DNA of 64,000 bases from a virus: positions 4,257 through 68,256 of the IMG/VR virus record IMGVR_UViG_3300020044_007580, one strand, 5' to 3'. Made by a program: the position numbers and the translations under genes. Positions within the stretch are counted from its first letter, which is position 1; every line of letters begins with the position of its first letter. Under the pieces are notes generated by a model that did not search any database, was not told the DNA's origin, and saw only the letters and a program-made list of their open reading frames with translations. This document shows, piece by piece, positions 1 to 9,526 of this stretch.

Positions 1-201
1 TATACCGTTACGGTCGAACAGATTGAGCTACTGGTGCCCGTGTGCCCGAAGTGCTTGCATCGCACAGAGCAAGTGAACTGGATACAGGTGGCGTACATGT
101 ACTTTCTCTATTCGTTGGTTGCACAGAATGAAATAAACAAGTATACCAATACCTCCGACGTGCAAATGCTAGGCGGCGGAGCCTACACCGTACCAATGTA
201 A
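1..201 (+). CDS. Hypothetical protein, 5'-truncated (contains CPKC)
   Basis: Frame 1 is open from base 1 to TAA at 199-201, overlapping the next ATG (TAATG coupling). Confidence 0.6.
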   Translation, partial: YTVTVEQIELLVPVCPKCLHRTEQVNWIQVAYMYFLYSLVAQNEINKYTNTSDVQMLGGGAYTVPM

Positions 202-617
202 TGAATGGTTTTCCCCTCAAAACAAGCAAGCGTGCACAATTCTGCGAGAAATGCCACCAGTACTATGCAACAAAGAAGCATGCATGTAGGAGTGCGACGT
301 CTTTTCATCGACTAGTCCCAGGTAGCACTGAGTACACCAATGTCAAAGAGGCTTTTGCGCGCATAGATTCAGGGACATGGGAGCAGACGATGATCTTGCA
401 GGTCGCACGCATAGCTGACTCAAAATACTACTACCTGATCATCACTAACTTCTACAAGAAGTATAGCGCTGTGTTGATCGGCCCGTATGTGTACATGCGG
501 CTTAAGCCTAGGCAGGGTTGGATATTGGCCGAGATGAGCCAACCAGCCATGCTATACGCCAATGACGACTATAGCGCTGCCTTGATTCCACTAGAACTAT
601 TCTCCTTAGACGCATGA
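201..617 (+). CDS. Hypothetical protein with N-terminal CxxC..HxC zinc-knuckle-like motif
   Basis: 138-aa ORF translationally coupled at both ends; FCEKCHQYYATKKHAC. Confidence 0.65.
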   Translation: MNGFPLKTSKRAQFCEKCHQYYATKKHACRSATSFHRLVPGSTEYTNVKEAFARIDSGTWEQTMILQVARIADSKYYYLIITNFYKKYSAVLIGPYVYMRLKPRQGWILAEMSQPAMLYANDDYSAALIPLELFSLDA

Positions 618-1036
618 ACTACATCTATCCAAACGGAACGTCGTGCATGTCGATCAGCGGCGTTCCCTATGACTTCGACGCAGAAAAGACGTTGCAGCTG
701 ATCGCGCTAGGCGTAGACTTCGTAGTGTTAGAGCCAGAGAAAAGCAAGCAACATGCCAGAGGCATAAACAAAGTGTTTGCCTGTTGTCGTGTACATACGC
801 CGGACGGCAACGTCATCATTGTTGCCAATATGAAGCGCTGGGTCACCAAGACTTTTCAAGAGTCCTACGGATGGGTGATGATGAACATCAAGCTCGAAGC
901 TGGGTACAAAGGGTACAGAGCTGAAAAGCTCTTCAACATCAATGTCACGGCCTCACAAGCAGGCAGTTTTTCTGCTATTCCTCTGGATCAGCCAGAGGGG
1001 CATCCGTGGCTGAAGATTGATCAGTGGGAGGAGTAG
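614..1036 (+). CDS. Hypothetical protein
   Basis: 140-aa ORF, ATGA overlap with the upstream gene. Confidence 0.65.
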   Translation: MNYIYPNGTSCMSISGVPYDFDAEKTLQLIALGVDFVVLEPEKSKQHARGINKVFACCRVHTPDGNVIIVANMKRWVTKTFQESYGWVMMNIKLEAGYKGYRAEKLFNINVTASQAGSFSAIPLDQPEGHPWLKIDQWEE

Positions 1037-1223
1037 ACTCGGCAGGCGTAATCCTGAGATTGACACTGTACTTATTCAAGGCATACTTGAATAGGTCCAT
1101 GTCGTTGTTGTCAAAGGCCATCTTGATCATTGCGGCACACTGATCCATGCGCTCCTGCAATGTTGCGGGAGCCTGTGGGGCCGGGGCCGGGGTTTCTTCC
1201 GTGAAGATTGCGTCGTATATCAT
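975..1223 (-). CDS. Hypothetical protein
   Basis: 82-aa ORF, ATGA overlap with the FkbM gene stop. Confidence 0.55.
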   Translation of the reverse strand: MIYDAIFTEETPAPAPQAPATLQERMDQCAAMIKMAFDNNDMDLFKYALNKYSVNLRITPAESTPPTDQSSATDAPLADPEE

Positions 1224-2065
1224 GAGATGTTATGAGTGATTTTGGGACGGAGAACAAGCATCCAGTCCTCATAAATTCTTTGCGTGAAGTCGTCAACAGT
1301 ATGCATGTGAACTTCGTCTGACTGGTAGTCGATGTACGATACCCAGCACTTTTCAAGCAGCTCTTGCGCAAGCGCCTCAGGATCCTTAAGCCTAGACCAG
1401 TTGAACTCCATGACGATAGTCAGCGACTGCTTCAGGCGCTCGACAATCCCTTGCATACCGCTCCAAACCTCGCCCTCAGCTCCCTCAACATCGATCTTGA
1501 TAAGCGTTCTGGCGATGGTTCCATCGTACTTATCAAAGGTAGATGGCAGCAAAGAGTCTAGCGTACACATCTCAACCTGATAGCGCTCGTACTTGCCAGA
1601 CGGGCTGTATGAGTCTTGCATTATAGAGGCATTCATGCCATGATTCTCTGGCACAGACAGCTCGATGAAGCCGTTGCTTGCGCCAACCGCCTTATTATAC
1701 ACGCGCACAAGCGTAGTATGTAGCAGATTGTACTCGCTAGACTTCTCGATCAGCGTGCATAGCTTTTTCTGTGGCTCAAATGCGTGTACTATACAGTCGC
1801 GTGCAGCGGCAAACTGCGTGTAGTACCCCATGTTGGCGCCGACATCTATGAATACGTCAGTGTCATGAAACTGCCGCGACATCCATGCGGAAATCCAAGG
1901 CTCCCAATAACCATCATTCTTGGCGTGATGTGTGAACCCATGATCGTCCGGATCTACTGCTAACAAAAACAGACCCAACATCATGCACAGTGTTGTCCCA
2001 TCTTCGGCAACCGTTACCCCTGCGCGTTCTAGACCACGATCTTGTACTGATTGACGTGTTTCCAT
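1220..2065 (-). CDS. FkbM-family SAM-dependent methyltransferase
   Basis: Motifs FIDVGANMGYY, AFEP, LIKIDVEGAE; start placed at the TAATG overlap (2065) rather than 2089. Confidence 0.9.
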   Translation of the reverse strand: METRQSVQDRGLERAGVTVAEDGTTLCMMLGLFLLAVDPDDHGFTHHAKNDGYWEPWISAWMSRQFHDTDVFIDVGANMGYYTQFAAARDCIVHAFEPQKKLCTLIEKSSEYNLLHTTLVRVYNKAVGASNGFIELSVPENHGMNASIMQDSYSPSGKYERYQVEMCTLDSLLPSTFDKYDGTIARTLIKIDVEGAEGEVWSGMQGIVERLKQSLTIVMEFNWSRLKDPEALAQELLEKCWVSYIDYQSDEVHMHTVDDFTQRIYEDWMLVLRPKITHNIS

Positions 2066-2388
2066 TACCATTTGACTTTGTCTGCCCAATAGGCCGCCGA
2101 CATAACGCCCTTCGCTATGTTCTTGCTGTGCCGGGCTTTGAAGGATTCTCTGCGATTGCGGTAAGACTCTGTTTCGCCAGATTTCTTTGGCGATCCTGAC
2201 ACGCCTTGCTGACCGAACCGGATAGTCTTGACTTGGCTGCCGCTCTTGGCGACTACTACGTGTGATTTGGTAGGATGGTTTGGCGTTCTCTTGGGCTTGT
2301 TGTAGCCAGATACACCGGCTTGTGCCAGTCGTGAGTCCTTGCCGGACACCTTACGTACAGCTGGGCGCTTTGCTGCAGCCATGTTCAC
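2065..2388 (-). CDS. Small basic phage protein (KPKRTP..KSHVV..KTIRFGQQG..SFKARH..SAAYWA)
   Basis: Lys/Arg-rich 107-aa ORF with a motif string I recall from phage hypothetical proteins. Confidence 0.75.
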   Translation of the reverse strand: MNMAAAKRPAVRKVSGKDSRLAQAGVSGYNKPKRTPNHPTKSHVVVAKSGSQVKTIRFGQQGVSGSPKKSGETESYRNRRESFKARHSKNIAKGVMSAAYWADKVKW

Positions 2389-2462
2389 CTCGTATCAGTT
2401 GTTGCAAAATACGCATTCATTGACAAAGTAGTAGTTGTTGCTACTTTTTTTTTCGCACATGC

Positions 2463-2492
2463 TTGACATAGACATGCCTGATTGGCTATATT
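2463..2492 (+). promoter_or_regulatory. Sigma70-type promoter
   Basis: TTGACA (2463-2468), 18-nt spacer, TATATT (2487-2492); points into a non-coding structured region. Confidence 0.6.
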
Positions 2493-2498
2493 GCCACA

Positions 2499-2583
2499 CG
2501 CTGTATGCTGGAGAGAGAACACCCCCCCCATTATCTCACTTGCAGTGCCCCGAGCATAGCCAGCATAAACTCGGGGGTTTATT
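2499..2583 (+). ncRNA. Candidate small structured RNA (c4/CI-antisense-like architecture)
   Basis: Stem CGCTGTA/TGCAGTG, then hairpin CCCCGAG/CTCGGGG followed by GTTTATT; TATGCTGG (2504-2511) is complementary to loop sequence CCAGCATA (2560-2567). Confidence 0.45.
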
Positions 2584-2679
2584 AGTCAGACATCCTGTAG
2601 CCTGGTGGATGCAAAGGCAAACTTCTGGAGAGACACCAGTTGGATCGGACGAATTAGTTTTTTGTTTTTCCCTAGGGGG

Positions 2680-2729
2680 CTTTTTCTTTTTTCCTTTTTC
2701 TTTCTCTTTCTTTTTCCTTCGTTTCTTTT
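2680..2729. repeat. Polypyrimidine/polypurine tract
   Basis: About 50 nt of almost only C/T on the + strand. Confidence 0.8.
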
Positions 2730-2738
2730 GACAGCCTA

Positions 2739-3476
2739 TCAGGTCGACCGAGAGTAAGAAGAAGAGTAGCCAATGACCTTCAGATCCCCGTTGTCAACTA
2801 GGTCAGCTGTAAGAACGATGTTGGTTAGCGTTGCGGTGTTGAGATCCGCATAAGAAACCGATGAATGGTTTGCATTTTCGTCGAACGCAATAATCGTTGA
2901 TACCCACGCTTGATTAGCTCCAGTGGAATTCCCACAGATACCTTCAATGGTAATCGTGATAGGTTCATCGTCGTACTTTTTAGTGATGTTGAACAACTCT
3001 AAAGTCACATCTGCATTGATCCTGGCGTACAATTTTTTGTCGTGCTGATTTGCCGCCGCCTTAAGCCAAACCTTTACTGTGAAGCACTTGTTTGCTTCCG
3101 GCGCTGCTAGCGGTATCGTGGCCGCAGTAGACACGCCTACTGGTAGCAGTGTATTGAGTAGCCTCTGCTGAATGCATACCACCGACCCACCAATCGAAGC
3201 TAGCATAGCATCAGTTACATACCGTCGATCTATGCTGTCGTTGATGTCCGCAGTGGTAGCGTTGGTGCCGGAGGTGATGATGCCATACGTGTCATAAGTC
3301 AGCTTTGTATGTATGCCACTGGCTATGGTCGCCCTCCTGTTGATCCCGTAGTTGCGTACTCTTTCTATTGCAGCTGCACTATTTGGAACTACGCCAGATG
3401 ACACATAGTATGCGTCATTATCTTCGTTAAGCACAACATAGTATCCAGCATCCATACCGCTATATGTGAGGATCAT
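2739..3476 (-). CDS. Probable tail fibre-associated virion protein
   Basis: 245 aa, coupled to the large fibre gene; THTKLTYDTYGIITSGT segment typical of fibre shafts. Confidence 0.6.
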   Translation of the reverse strand: MILTYSGMDAGYYVVLNEDNDAYYVSSGVVPNSAAAIERVRNYGINRRATIASGIHTKLTYDTYGIITSGTNATTADINDSIDRRYVTDAMLASIGGSVVCIQQRLLNTLLPVGVSTAATIPLAAPEANKCFTVKVWLKAAANQHDKKLYARINADVTLELFNITKKYDDEPITITIEGICGNSTGANQAWVSTIIAFDENANHSSVSYADLNTATLTNIVLTADLVDNGDLKVIGYSSSYSRST

Positions 3477-6400
3477 TCAAACCTCCGTTCCAAAGTTGGC
3501 GTTGAGTAGTTAATAGATACCCCACCAAGTCCAGGGCCCCCGACTGGACGCACCTCGCCTTGTACAGTTAATCCAACTTGATGAATATCGATAGATCCTT
3601 CAAGTATCCTGTGCGTAATTTGGTTGCCAGTTTCATGCCTATATGCGACTCTAATCCTGTCGTTGTCTTCCGCTACAGGTATTAGTGCTGTTCCTTGTAG
3701 CCATACTTTTGTTGCCCCATCAGCAGGCACAGTAATATTTTGCCTCTGTAAAATTTGACGAAGTTCGTTGTATTCAGATATGCGCATGTCTACGTCCAGA
3801 GTTCTATAATACAAGCCGTTTTTGTAGAGCATTATTTGAGGATACCTGACAAAGTTGCTTTGCGCATTTGTAACATCCTGCGTTTGTATAAGCACCCGAA
3901 CGGTAACTTGCACAACTACATCTTGCTTAAAGTCTACCATCAGCCCTTTAACCATAAAGTACCAGTCAGGGTCAGTAATGGTTCCTCTATATATGTGTAC
4001 ATCAGATCTTGTGTATGTATTTGGAACCACTCCAAACTCGTAATCAAGCTTGAACTCGGGCGTATAGCACGTACTGTTGTCGGCGAGCTTTGGATGACCA
4101 TTTTCAGGTATGTTTATGCGATCAAACGACAAAAAGTAGGGTATAAAACTATTCATAGCCTGCACTATAATAGTCTTCTGCCCGGTACTCCGGTCTATAA
4201 AATAAACATTATCCTGTGAAGTAGCGTAATTGTAGTTAGTAGTCCTTGGCTGAATTACTGTTCCAGATACTGTCAGGTTGGTCGCCACGCCGTTCTGGTA
4301 CCTGAAAGGTTGCAAAGTTCTTAGCTGAAATTCTGTGTACGGAAAGCCATTGAACTTGTTCTCCGAGTTAAAATAAAGGCCTACTGTAGGCCCGTAGCAT
4401 GCATTATAACCAGATGCTACATTCTCTATATCATAAAAGTTCGGGTCGCTTGTTTCTATCAATATAGAGCAATCGTTTTGCCAGAGCTGTATATTATTGC
4501 CAGCCACTAGACCTCTGTATCTAAAAGATACTGGATCACTTTCTATACCAGAGCCAGAAGTAGTCGTGAAAATGTTTGCATAACCAGAAGGTTGGTATCC
4601 AGTAGGATCTGGTAATGACACCATCGTTGAGAACCCGGGCCCATGCAGTCCGTTACCAGAGCATGCCATCTCAACATCATAGTACATCGGCTTTTTGCTC
4701 AGTCCAATGTTGACTTCACATCCGCTATACGTAACATCTATCCAGTCAGGCTCGCCCTTGAAAGTCCTAATGTTGTAGGTCTTGACGTTGTCGGAGATTA
4801 TGCCGGATGCAACGATCGGAACGCCAGAACCACAGTTCAGCAAATCAGTGTTGATTCCGCTAGACGTACTGCTAATTACTATGTCGCTCTTGTTATCCGA
4901 CTCATCCAAGTAAAGCGAAATACCAGATCCGGGGCGTAGTCCACGGAAGTAAAGCTCTTTTGTAAAAGCTCCGCCGTTCTGTACGTTTTTCTGGAAGACG
5001 CCGATACTTGGATAAAGTGTGTTGCGATTGTCGATGCCGGATACGAGCACAGTGAATATGTAGTCGTTTCCACACTGTGACAGATACAAGTCCTGTTGCA
5101 CTCCGAATGTTCGGAAGCGTAACGTGCGAGTGTTGGGCTCGATGTTGTCATCGTAGTCTATGTACCAACCAAACTGTGTATCTGTAGATAACGACGTGCA
5201 GTCGTCAAGGTTCATTCCGCTGACGCCAGCTACTCCAGACGATGTCGCTGCTACGATTATATCGCATCCAGAAGTTGTCACGCCAATGCCCTGACCAGCT
5301 TTGATCTTCCGAAGATAGATGTTGGCATGGTTGTCGATGTAGTCAGTGTACGCGTGGACCAATCCTGTGCCTGTGCCGCTGACGCAATTGACTACCTCGT
5401 ATGTGTTATTGGTGTCTTGAGCGGATATGCGGATTGTGCGTTCATCGACATACTCTACATCGACCGATCCTGAGCCGACGATCTTGACGTCGTCGTCACT
5501 GTTGTCTGATCCATGCAGTCTGATGAGGGCGTCTGTATCTGTAGGCACAGCATACATGTTGTACTTAGTACCAGAAACTGCAGAGCCTATGACTATGTCG
5601 CACCCAGAAGTCTCAATGCTGATACCAGAAGCTGCAAGAATCTTGCGTAGCACAAAAGTTGTATTCGCACCATCTACGATTGAGTCTGCATAGATTGATC
5701 CAGTACCGGTTCCGGATGCACAGTTGATCATGTCGTACGTGTTGACTACACCAGAAACTGTTGAGTCAATGACGATGTCGCATCCTGACGTAGTTACTGC
5801 TATATTCTGTCCAGCCTTTATAGTCCGGAGAGAAAAGTCAGTGTGTGTTCCTGATACTGTTTGTGTGCCAAACACGTATCCTTCTCCAGTACCAGAGGTA
5901 CAGTTCAAAACTCCGTAGGTATAGGAGTCCTGCTGCTCGGACGATATACTGATTGTGTGGTCGTCAATGTACGATACGGTTGTTCCTCCTGATCCAACTA
6001 TCTGTACGTCATCTGCTACACCAAGTGAGTCCAGTAGTCGCAGGAACACACCGGTTCCACTACTAACTGCGAGATAGTCGTACGACACACCAGATACTGT
6101 GCTGGTGACAACCACGTCATGCATCTGCGTGGTGATTGATATGCCGCTGCCTGCAAGGAGCTTGCGCAGGTAATAGGTAGTGTGGCCGCTCAGGGTTTCT
6201 GACTCATGGTATATTTCGCCAGACCCAACACCGCTTGTGCAGTTGTCTACCGATGATGTAGTGTTCTTCTCAGAGCTGATGTAGATGGTGTCGTAATCGC
6301 CCCATGATACTGTCGTTCCGGAAACACCAACAAACTGAACCTGATCAATGACGCCATTTGTTCCACTAAGCTGTAGATATGCGCCCTCTGGTCCATCTTC

Positions 6401-7681
6401 GGCTTGTATGGAGTATTCGGTGTTTGTCCCAGAGATGTTGAGCGCATCATCTGCAGATATCCACATGGCAATGCTTCCATGAGGTACAATCCCACGGAAC
6501 CAAAATGTCTCTGGATTTGTTCCAATAGGAACATCATACATGAGTATACGGAATCCAGGAGAGTGCTGCTCAGCTGCATATCTGTACCCTGACCCAATCA
6601 GTGTGATGTAATTCTGATCTTGCTGCAAGGATAGTGTACCGGATGCACGCAGCCTACGTAGATAAAATGTATCAACATCCTGATAGCTGTATACTTCTCC
6701 TATGTTTGTCCCAGATGCTCCAAGGTTTTCGATGCTGTAATTAACCCCAGATGCAACAAGATCAAACCACATACTTGCAGTGTATGTGCGCGGATCTACT
6801 ATCGAAGTGTTGCCAGTGGTTACTATTACTGGATCGTCAACTCTTACGTGAGGACGAATTGTCGGCGAGTCCTTAAGAAAGATACGCGTGACGTGTGGGG
6901 TTGTTCTGTAAAATTCATCCGGATCAAATATCTGCAGGTTGGGCGTGACACGATACTTGACAGTAGTTACGTCATACGACGAACCAGATACTATGATGCC
7001 TTGCGTATACGCGGTCCATGCCGCAAGTTCATTCTTTGGCCTTTCCGCATTGAACCCCATGCCTGATGTTGCACTAGGGGATAGCGCAGCTTCAAAAGCA
7101 GGTTCTACCGACATGGTGTCGCCTACCCAATGGATAAGAGACCTATCCTTTTGTACGGTGAACGGCTGCGATATCGAGTTTTTCCCGACGTATGCTGGGT
7201 GGCTGATTTGACCGCCAGGTGTCGCAGGTACCTCGAGTGCATATCCTCCATAAAATGTACCCCACATAGTATTGAGGCTGCGCTTTGTATGCGCACGGAT
7301 GCGGGCGCGCTGCGATCCGAGATCTGTTACCTCAAATCGTACGGTTGAGCTTTCGTGGAAATCCCATACACGTGTACCAATAACAATCGCAGTACCGTCT
7401 TGCCAGACCTCAAGCACGGGGAACTTTGAGTCTGGCGGTTTGATTGGAGTGCCACCTCCAGTGGTAGTGGTGGGGACTGTCGTGGTCGGAGGAGGTATTA
7501 GCGCCTTAACGTCATCAATCTTGCCTTGGATCTCCTCGGAAAAGGAGGTAAGATCCATAGCTAGCTTCCGCATCTCGTCGTTCTCTTTTGCGACGCCTTT
7601 GGACGTAGATAGATCAGGGACGTCGCTTACCTGGAAGCGTTTTCCTTTGACGCCACCCTGATTGATTCGTCTGCGGATCAT
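3473..7681 (-). CDS. Large repeat-containing tail/head fibre
   Basis: 1402 aa, beta-rich, with interspersed ~55-aa repeats (NCxSGTGxG...LRKIxAGxGI...TSGCDI) and a distinct C-terminal domain. Confidence 0.75.
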   Translation of the reverse strand: MIRRRINQGGVKGKRFQVSDVPDLSTSKGVAKENDEMRKLAMDLTSFSEEIQGKIDDVKALIPPPTTTVPTTTTGGGTPIKPPDSKFPVLEVWQDGTAIVIGTRVWDFHESSTVRFEVTDLGSQRARIRAHTKRSLNTMWGTFYGGYALEVPATPGGQISHPAYVGKNSISQPFTVQKDRSLIHWVGDTMSVEPAFEAALSPSATSGMGFNAERPKNELAAWTAYTQGIIVSGSSYDVTTVKYRVTPNLQIFDPDEFYRTTPHVTRIFLKDSPTIRPHVRVDDPVIVTTGNTSIVDPRTYTASMWFDLVASGVNYSIENLGASGTNIGEVYSYQDVDTFYLRRLRASGTLSLQQDQNYITLIGSGYRYAAEQHSPGFRILMYDVPIGTNPETFWFRGIVPHGSIAMWISADDALNISGTNTEYSIQAEDGPEGAYLQLSGTNGVIDQVQFVGVSGTTVSWGDYDTIYISSEKNTTSSVDNCTSGVGSGEIYHESETLSGHTTYYLRKLLAGSGISITTQMHDVVVTSTVSGVSYDYLAVSSGTGVFLRLLDSLGVADDVQIVGSGGTTVSYIDDHTISISSEQQDSYTYGVLNCTSGTGEGYVFGTQTVSGTHTDFSLRTIKAGQNIAVTTSGCDIVIDSTVSGVVNTYDMINCASGTGTGSIYADSIVDGANTTFVLRKILAASGISIETSGCDIVIGSAVSGTKYNMYAVPTDTDALIRLHGSDNSDDDVKIVGSGSVDVEYVDERTIRISAQDTNNTYEVVNCVSGTGTGLVHAYTDYIDNHANIYLRKIKAGQGIGVTTSGCDIIVAATSSGVAGVSGMNLDDCTSLSTDTQFGWYIDYDDNIEPNTRTLRFRTFGVQQDLYLSQCGNDYIFTVLVSGIDNRNTLYPSIGVFQKNVQNGGAFTKELYFRGLRPGSGISLYLDESDNKSDIVISSTSSGINTDLLNCGSGVPIVASGIISDNVKTYNIRTFKGEPDWIDVTYSGCEVNIGLSKKPMYYDVEMACSGNGLHGPGFSTMVSLPDPTGYQPSGYANIFTTTSGSGIESDPVSFRYRGLVAGNNIQLWQNDCSILIETSDPNFYDIENVASGYNACYGPTVGLYFNSENKFNGFPYTEFQLRTLQPFRYQNGVATNLTVSGTVIQPRTTNYNYATSQDNVYFIDRSTGQKTIIVQAMNSFIPYFLSFDRINIPENGHPKLADNSTCYTPEFKLDYEFGVVPNTYTRSDVHIYRGTITDPDWYFMVKGLMVDFKQDVVVQVTVRVLIQTQDVTNAQSNFVRYPQIMLYKNGLYYRTLDVDMRISEYNELRQILQRQNITVPADGATKVWLQGTALIPVAEDNDRIRVAYRHETGNQITHRILEGSIDIHQVGLTVQGEVRPVGGPGLGGVSINYSTPTLERRFE

Positions 7682-7702
7682 GTTCCTAGATTGTTATTGG
7701 CC

Positions 7703-8101
7703 TTAAAAATCTACCAGTTTCTTGCCGGGTGCCGACACTTTAGGCGCGTTGCTTGATGTGGGTTTGAATCCCTCGATACCGCCAATGGCTTCGCGTGTTC
7801 GGTCCATAGACGGTCTGCGCCCTAACACCATAGATGTTGCCAGCTGATCTTCAATTGACTTGATCTGTTGATTAATTGTGTCTGCCTGTGAAGCGTTTGG
7901 TGTGTATGACTTCCCGTCTGGCAAAATACCTCCAGCAAGAAGTTTAAGCGCTTGCAGTTGGTCCATCAGCTTGAGATTCTTAGCTGTTGCTGCTTCCATT
8001 CCAGCGCGCATGCCTTGCTGTAACCCGCTAGTATACATCTGTCCTAAGTCTGCACTAGATTCCCATCCAGCTGCGCCTGCGTTTGGTATGATGGTAGCCA
8101 T
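7703..8101 (-). CDS. Hypothetical virion protein (possible ejection protein)
   Basis: 132 aa, A/G/Q/M-rich and helical, co-oriented with the fibre. Confidence 0.55.
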   Translation of the reverse strand: MATIIPNAGAAGWESSADLGQMYTSGLQQGMRAGMEAATAKNLKLMDQLQALKLLAGGILPDGKSYTPNASQADTINQQIKSIEDQLATSMVLGRRPSMDRTREAIGGIEGFKPTSSNAPKVSAPGKKLVDF

Positions 8102-8134
8102 CTATAGCCTTATTGATTGTGATTTACTACTGCT

Positions 8135-9013
8135 TTAGAAAGGAACGGTGACTTGTTTGCCGTTTTGTATTACTTTTCGTGCTGGAGGATTAACGCCACC
8201 ACCAGATGTTTGGGCCTCTTGGGTTCCAGCTGCGACTCCAGCTTCTCCAAAAGCTGCTCCGGCAAATCCACGACCGATACCACCAAGAGCAGTCCCAAAT
8301 CCGTACAGCGGATTGGAGATAATGGCTTGTTGGTTTTGCTGTTGATTGTACCCAGGCAGCATACGCAATCCTTCTGTTCCAATACCAGAAGACTGTGCGT
8401 AGAATGGTCTCACAAATATGTCGTTCCGTGTAGCAAGATCTTGTGCAAGGCCCTGGCTAGCGCCGCCCATAATGTTAGCGGCTTGTGCTGCAGCCTGATT
8501 GGCCGACGCAGCATTTTGCTGGTTGGCTGACAGGAGCGTGTTGTCGGCGCCTTGGCCAATGTTCCTAGCCAGAGCAGCTACTCCTCCGGCACCTATGCTT
8601 TGATTGCGCGCAATATCCGTAATCTGGCGTGTCTGAGCTCCTGCAACATTTTGTGCGTTACGATTCGTAGCATTCATGGCAGCTTGTTGCCCAGCGAGTA
8701 GCTGCGCTGCTATCTGATTCTGCATGTTGTAGGATTTGCGGGCCTCGGCAGAGTTAGTCAATCCAGAAAGAGCTGTGTCGAATGACGTACGCGCTGCTTC
8801 TCCAGTTCGTCCTGCTTGATTATACAAGTTTTCAACAGCGAACTTTTTGACTTGCGGAAGTAACTGATCGGTGCTTTTGCTAATAGATGATCCGCCCTCT
8901 CCCATGACGCTTGATCCAAGGCTACCAATGATGCCACCAATACCAGGCAATGCTACGCCAAGGCCAAGTTTGAGTAAGTCGATCCCGGTGGATGCTGCAG
9001 TGGAGTCTGCCAT
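8135..9013 (-). CDS. Probable internal virion/ejection protein
   Basis: Gly/Ala-rich hydrophobic ends (LGLGVALPGIGGIIGSLG) flanking a Q/N/A coiled region, as in podovirus DNA-pilot proteins. Confidence 0.6.
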   Translation of the reverse strand: MADSTAASTGIDLLKLGLGVALPGIGGIIGSLGSSVMGEGGSSISKSTDQLLPQVKKFAVENLYNQAGRTGEAARTSFDTALSGLTNSAEARKSYNMQNQIAAQLLAGQQAAMNATNRNAQNVAGAQTRQITDIARNQSIGAGGVAALARNIGQGADNTLLSANQQNAASANQAAAQAANIMGGASQGLAQDLATRNDIFVRPFYAQSSGIGTEGLRMLPGYNQQQNQQAIISNPLYGFGTALGGIGRGFAGAAFGEAGVAAGTQEAQTSGGGVNPPARKVIQNGKQVTVPF

Positions 9014-9088
9014 AAAGTATTGCCAGTATTTGTAGTAATTGTGCCGCAGAGCTAATTTATCGCGGGTCTTCCAAATATCGCCATCTCT

Positions 9089-9526
9089 ATGATACAGCAG
9101 GAGCTAGAAAGTGCGGCAGAGCTAATCAACCCTAGGACAGACATCTTGCGCAGTGCGCTGCGTAAAATTGTGCATAGCATTGATACGACCGGCGTGTCAA
9201 TAGCAGTAGTTGATTCTCTGACAGAGTTTGAGGCGCACGTAGAAGCGCTTGAGAAAGCATCCATTGCAGTAATGTCGAGTGAAGTTGATGGCGCAATGCT
9301 TGATTCCGTACGCGTCTTGCGCGATATTATCACCAATGCCGCCGAAGGTACTCCAGACAAGATCAGTGCTATCAAGGCGCTGGGCGTTGTCGGCGGGTAT
9401 GTTGCCAAGCGCAAAGATACGCTGAAGCCAACGAGGGGTATCGGCAACCAGATCAACGTTGTGATCGACAACAACCTCGACCCTGGGAAGCAAGAAGTTC
9501 GATTTATAGAGCACGATGATGAATAG
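9089..9526 (+). CDS. Probable terminase small subunit
   Basis: 145 aa directly upstream of and overlapping TerL; helical with C-terminal beta strand (NQINVVID). Confidence 0.55.
   Translation: MIQQELESAAELINPRTDILRSALRKIVHSIDTTGVSIAVVDSLTEFEAHVEALEKASIAVMSSEVDGAMLDSVRVLRDIITNAAEGTPDKISAIKALGVVGGYVAKRKDTLKPTRGIGNQINVVIDNNLDPGKQEVRFIEHDDE

Noticed and set aside
2435-2731. 98-aa plus-strand ORF
   Set aside because: TTG start upstream of the promoter, no RBS, Phe-rich end derived from the pyrimidine tract
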